Part shown: piece by piece, positions 7,898 to 11,012 of the stretch
Numbering within the stretch: the stretch's first letter is position 1
Layout: each line of letters starts with the position of its first letter
From: Candidatus Micrarchaeia archaeon
Lineage (GTDB): Archaea; Micrarchaeota; Micrarchaeia; Micrarchaeales; CABMGC01
Assembly: GCA_049976845.1 (NCBI GenBank)
Contig: JBMFHL010000021.1
Location: forward strand, 722 to 11,733
Direction: 5' to 3'
Length of the DNA stretch: 11,012 nt
Program-made: the position numbers and the translations under genes
The notes under the pieces: model-generated
The model's input: the letters and a program-made list of their open reading frames with translations, nothing else
Told to the model about the DNA's origin: nothing
Databases searched by the model: none

Positions 7898-8238
7898 TAA
7901 TAATATCATTGGACATGATAATCTCTCTACCTATAATAATGGCAGTCTTGGCTGCAATTGTATACGCATTTCAAGAAGCGCGTGCTGGTGCAAGCGAAGG
8001 AATGCTGATTTCAAGAGAGATAAATGCCTACACTGAATCGCAAGTCTTTGTTTCAACCTTAATAGGAACAAATTCTACATTTGCTTTTGCAAATGCAAGC
8101 ATAAAAAATGCATTTCTAGATATAGGCTCTGCGAGCGTAAGCAATATAGCAAATGCGCAGTGCTCTGGCCTCTGCAGAATTATTACTCTTTCTGGAAAGT
8201 CGTATTTGATGGTGATCAATTATGAGAATTCAAGCTAG
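7885..8238 (+). CDS. Pilin-like / membrane-anchored protein with degenerate class III signal peptide
   Basis: MQKLIIISLDMIISLPIIMAVLAAIVYAF: SLD in place of SLE, one hydrophobic helix, a CxxxC pair; overlaps both neighbours. Confidence 0.6.
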   Translation: MQKLIIISLDMIISLPIIMAVLAAIVYAFQEARAGASEGMLISREINAYTESQVFVSTLIGTNSTFAFANASIKNAFLDIGSASVSNIANAQCSGLCRIITLSGKSYLMVINYENSS

Positions 8239-9517
8239 TACAGAGTTTCTCTTGATACTGAGTGCGATTTCAATATTGGCCCTCGCAGCAATTACAATGT
8301 ATAACGGCAAGCTCGGCGCAGAGCATTCGGAGCTAGCTTCAAGCCTCAGCCTATCAAACACATCTTCATCAGTTTACAATTCTGCAAACCCCTCCAATAT
8401 CGATGTGATTGCATACATACCAATGAACTCTGTAGTCGGGTCTGAAAATGATGCGGTAATTGCATTCTACGGCTGCGGAAATGGAATAGGAGGCATGAGC
8501 ATATATTCCAGCAATTTGGCTTTTTCTAGCAATTCAATAAACAACATGAATATAAGCGGCATTGGAATTGCAAATATACAGTTTGTTCCACTAATGCAGG
8601 GACTAGACAGCGCAACTTTGAAATACAATGGCATATGCGAAGGCTCTGAATTCAATGGCACCTTGGATCTGCTTACTTACTCGGCGCAGTCGCAAGGACC
8701 ATATACATTAAATTATTCTAGCCAGCAACAGGCTTATGCATACATAACGAGCAGGAAAGAAGTCATTGTATACAATCAAACCTCTCCGATGCAAGTAAGT
8801 GGCATAAACGTATGGAGTCACTGCAACTATGATAGCTTCATCACAGATAATCCGTCTCCAGCGCAGGCTTGTGGGACAAACAATGGGTGGGTATACGAAA
8901 GCTTTAACGGCTATTGCTACAGCATGAACTACGGCCCCTCAAATCCAACATGTATGGTGCCATATTCAACGTCTTACGAAACTAGCGCAGTCGAATCAGA
9001 CTATTCAGAATCCTATTCTTTTAGTCTACTAATAAGTTACGAGGGCTTGCTCTTCAACGCAAGCATAAATAGCCAAAATGCAAAGGTTTACCTTGGCAAT
9101 ACCATAGTTGGAAATGCCTCTGTAACTGAAATAAGTGGCGTTGGCCCAATAACCGATGCATTTATACTATATAATTCAAGCAAGTCTGGCTTTGCAAATC
9201 CAACTGCATATCAGGCATATGTTCAGGCTAAAAACAACATGTATAACACGTTAAGCTACTACAACATGAGCTCTGTTTCAGGTCCTGTAATCTCTCATAT
9301 AAATGAGGTAATAGCATCATATCAGAAAGCTGCTAGCGAGCTCGAAGGCTCCCAACCATCAAACATCACAGGATGCGCAATAAGCAATGGCACTGTAGAA
9401 TGCAAGCCACTGTATCCTTTCTCATATACTATAAATGTAACGTTAAGCAAGCCCAGTAGCATCAAAAATATGACACTATATTATCAAGGCAGCATAATAA
9501 GCATAAAGCAGGTGTAA
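8222..9517 (+). CDS. Large pilin-like protein, candidate tip adhesin
   Basis: MRI/QASTEFLLILSAISILALAAI (Q+1, S+3, E+5) followed by about 400 aa rich in S/N/Y/G, with 8 Cys and about 13 N-X-S/T sequons by manual count. Confidence 0.8.
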   Translation: MRIQASTEFLLILSAISILALAAITMYNGKLGAEHSELASSLSLSNTSSSVYNSANPSNIDVIAYIPMNSVVGSENDAVIAFYGCGNGIGGMSIYSSNLAFSSNSINNMNISGIGIANIQFVPLMQGLDSATLKYNGICEGSEFNGTLDLLTYSAQSQGPYTLNYSSQQQAYAYITSRKEVIVYNQTSPMQVSGINVWSHCNYDSFITDNPSPAQACGTNNGWVYESFNGYCYSMNYGPSNPTCMVPYSTSYETSAVESDYSESYSFSLLISYEGLLFNASINSQNAKVYLGNTIVGNASVTEISGVGPITDAFILYNSSKSGFANPTAYQAYVQAKNNMYNTLSYYNMSSVSGPVISHINEVIASYQKAASELEGSQPSNITGCAISNGTVECKPLYPFSYTINVTLSKPSSIKNMTLYYQGSIISIKQV

Positions 9518-9519
9518 AA

Positions 9520-9909
9520 ACGAAGGCCCAAGCCGCAGCAATAGAATCACTAATATCTTTAGTATTAGTATTATCAGTTGCTGGCATATTTACCAATTTT
9601 TTAAACAGCTACAACAACTTAGCGTATGCGCAAAAAAGCTTTGCTGTAGAAAACATTGCAGCATACGACTTCATATCGCAAGCCTACAATAACGCTTCAA
9701 TGGGTATTTGTCTAAACAATCTTACATATAACAGCACGTGTATATACCATTTCCTCTCCATGTACAAAAATACATATAAGCTAATCGGAATTACCCTGTA
9801 TGCAGGCCATAGCTATAGCTTAGGCTACTCAAGCGGAGGCATATTAAAGTGCTTCCCGTACCCTTCAAGCAGTGGCGTAGAAGAATTCTGCATATACACA
9901 GTTGCGTGA
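9520..9909 (+). CDS. Minor pilin-like protein (129 aa, apparent ACG start)
   Basis: The frame of track ORF 9700-9909 extends upstream to ACG 9520, giving (M)KA/QAAAIESLISLVLVLSVAGIF, a class III signal peptide; GGTG at 9511-9514; four Cys. Confidence 0.75.
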   Translation, partial: TKAQAAAIESLISLVLVLSVAGIFTNFLNSYNNLAYAQKSFAVENIAAYDFISQAYNNASMGICLNNLTYNSTCIYHFLSMYKNTYKLIGITLYAGHSYSLGYSSGGILKCFPYPSSSGVEEFCIYTVA

Positions 9910-9913
9910 TAAA

Positions 9914-10201
9914 ATGCCTTTCTATGGAGTAATATTCGGCATCTCTGCGCTCTTCGCCACAATATACCTAGCTATTATCTCCCCTTTAATTGGTAGCATG
10001 AATAGCCTTGGCAATGCATATTCTGAAGTGGGCGCAGCCGCATCCTTGGAATCTTTCATAAGCATATACAATAATATAGGAAATTTGAGTTACGTCGAAT
10101 ATTCAGCAAGATTAGACAATATCAATTATTACAACGGAAACGGTACCTGCATCATAGAATCTGGTTCGGGCTCTGATTATCTAGTACTAAAAAGTAAGTA
10201 A
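9914..10201 (+). CDS. Small membrane-anchored protein, last gene of the pilus operon
   Basis: N-terminal hydrophobic helix MPFYGVIFGISALFATIYLAIISPLI and an N/S/Y-rich C-terminus. ATG 9914 (preceded by GTGA) preferred; TTG 9902 is an in-frame alternative. Confidence 0.65.
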   Translation: MPFYGVIFGISALFATIYLAIISPLIGSMNSLGNAYSEVGAAASLESFISIYNNIGNLSYVEYSARLDNINYYNGNGTCIIESGSGSDYLVLKSK

Positions 10202-10239
10202 CCTAAGCGCCATTCCATATGCAGCAATCTTAGGTTACT
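10197..10239. repeat. Perfect 11-bp inverted repeat (hairpin; possible terminator or part of an ncRNA)
   Basis: AGTAACCTAAG (10197-10207) and CTTAGGTTACT (10229-10239) with a 21-nt spacer, overlapping the stop codon of the last pilus gene. Confidence 0.8.
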
Positions 10240-10386
10240 AGGCTTTATCTTTGAGCTATCCTAGTCCTCCGAGTGCAAACCTCAACCGATCCTGCGGAAA
10301 AACATATTATTTAATAGTATGCATAATTTAATGCCAAAGTGGATAATCACAAGCAATAAATATGTAAAATACTTAAATAACAGCAT

Positions 10387-10458
10387 GGCCTTGGTAGTGT
10401 AATGGCCGCACGGAAGGCTGTGGACCTTCAGGACCGGGTCCGATTCCCGGCCTAGGCC
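10387..10458 (+). tRNA. tRNA-His (GUG), intron-less, genomic G-1, CCA not encoded
   Basis: Cloverleaf: acceptor GCCTTGG/CCTAGGC plus G-1:C73, D stem GTGT/GCAC, anticodon stem GAAGG/CCTTC with loop CT-GTG-GA (anticodon 10420-10422), T stem CCGGG/CCCGG. Confidence 0.93.
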
Positions 10459-10486
10459 CTTTCGGAAAGCTATTTAATCTTTTTTT
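10459..10486 (+). terminator. Putative tRNA terminator (small hairpin plus oligo-T)
   Basis: CTTT-CGG-AAAG immediately after the tRNA and a T7 run at 10480-10486. Confidence 0.4.
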
Positions 10487-10527
10487 GATAGTTTATCACG
10501 ACTAGCATACAGAGGGCAAAGAAGCTT

Positions 10528-11012
10528 TTGAAAAAAGTTTCAGCAAAAACGGAGCTTTTAAGAAAAGCTCCATCAAAAGCCCAAAGCGCAATGGAATACC
10601 TAATGACATATGGCTGGGCCATTCTCATAATCGCAGTTGTGCTCGGTGCGCTGTTCCAGCTTGGCATCTTCAACGCAAACAACTTCGCGCCCAAGGCTCC
10701 ACCAGGCTCATGCCAAGTTTTCAGGCCTAATGGACCAGACACAACTTCTTTCATAAACCTTGAAGGCATATGTAGCGGCGAGCTGCCGCAGTATGTGGCA
10801 TATTTTGGAGGTCGTGATGGCTCTACATGGACTAATAATAGTAACATCGTTAGTCAAAATAGCGAAGATGCTGCAAATATTACACTCCCAGACAGTTTAA
10901 CCAGAAGTTTTACATGGAATAAGTTAACCTATGTGGCGTGGATAAAACAAGGCGTTTGGGCTTCAAACGGCGGTGGCGGAATAATAGGTATAGGCTCTGC
11001 TGGATTACAAAC
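10528..11012 (+). CDS. Class III signal peptide protein, probable LamG/concanavalin-like jellyroll surface protein (runs off the window end)
   Basis: Manual translation from TTG 10528: MKKVSAKTELLRKAPSKA/QSAMEYLMTYGWAILIIAVVLGALFQLGIFN...KAPPGSCQVFRPNGPDTTSFINLEGICSGELPQYVAYFGG...LTYVAWIK...GGIIG. The N-terminus matches my recollection of a multi-copy Micrarchaeota family, and TYVAWIK resembles the LamG 'T.xxWi' strand. Start codon uncertain. Confidence 0.8.
   Translation, partial: MKKVSAKTELLRKAPSKAQSAMEYLMTYGWAILIIAVVLGALFQLGIFNANNFAPKAPPGSCQVFRPNGPDTTSFINLEGICSGELPQYVAYFGGRDGSTWTNNSNIVSQNSEDAANITLPDSLTRSFTWNKLTYVAWIKQGVWASNGGGGIIGIGSAGLQ

Noticed and set aside
4256..8661. Minus-strand ORFs within the pilus operon (4256-4438, 5018-5647, 6253-6603, 6607-6882, 7041-7235, 7220-7525, 8028-8219, 8467-8661) and plus-strand 7836-8036
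   Set aside because: Shadow or alternate-frame ORFs over a coherent, coupled plus-strand operon; no motifs of their own.
10215..10280. Superficial similarity to a twister ribozyme (ATGCAGC...GGTTACTAGGC)
   Set aside because: The P4 stem mispairs and the required 3' pseudoknot partners are absent.
10470..10847. 125-aa minus-strand ORF
   Set aside because: Antisense to the class III signal peptide protein on the plus strand.
10387..11012. Integrated element att site at tRNA-His, or a CRISPR array
   Set aside because: No duplicated tRNA 3' end, integrase or regularly spaced repeats visible within the window.

Overview
Archaeal genomic window, most likely from a DPANN lineage (Micrarchaeota-like; inferred from gene content and the 'KAQSAMEYLMTYGWAILII' protein family). 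The left part is housekeeping: the N-terminus of a Rad50/SbcC-type SMC ATPase (minus strand, missed by the ORF track), divergent from an rps8e - hypothetical - ornithine carbamoyltransferase operon, then a convergent FNR-like FAD/NAD(P) oxidoreductase and a winged-helix regulator. The central-right part (4098-10201) is a compact ten-gene archaeal type IV pilus operon: a TadA/VirB11-type ATPase, two divergent TadB/TadC-like platform proteins, a very short candidate major pilin, several minor pilin-like proteins and a 431-aa glycosylation- and Cys-rich pilin-adhesin. No prepilin peptidase is in the window. After it come a ~100-nt structured intergenic element, an atypical tRNA-His(GUG) and the start of a class III signal peptide / probable LamG-domain protein. 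Main observations: two genes apparently start at non-canonical codons (ACG, ATT) with the same GGTG-N5 spacing as ATG genes here; several pilins have bulky -1 residues; and a hypothetical protein next to rps8e ends in a ribosomal P-stalk-like tail. All family assignments come from motif recognition by eye; no database searches were run.
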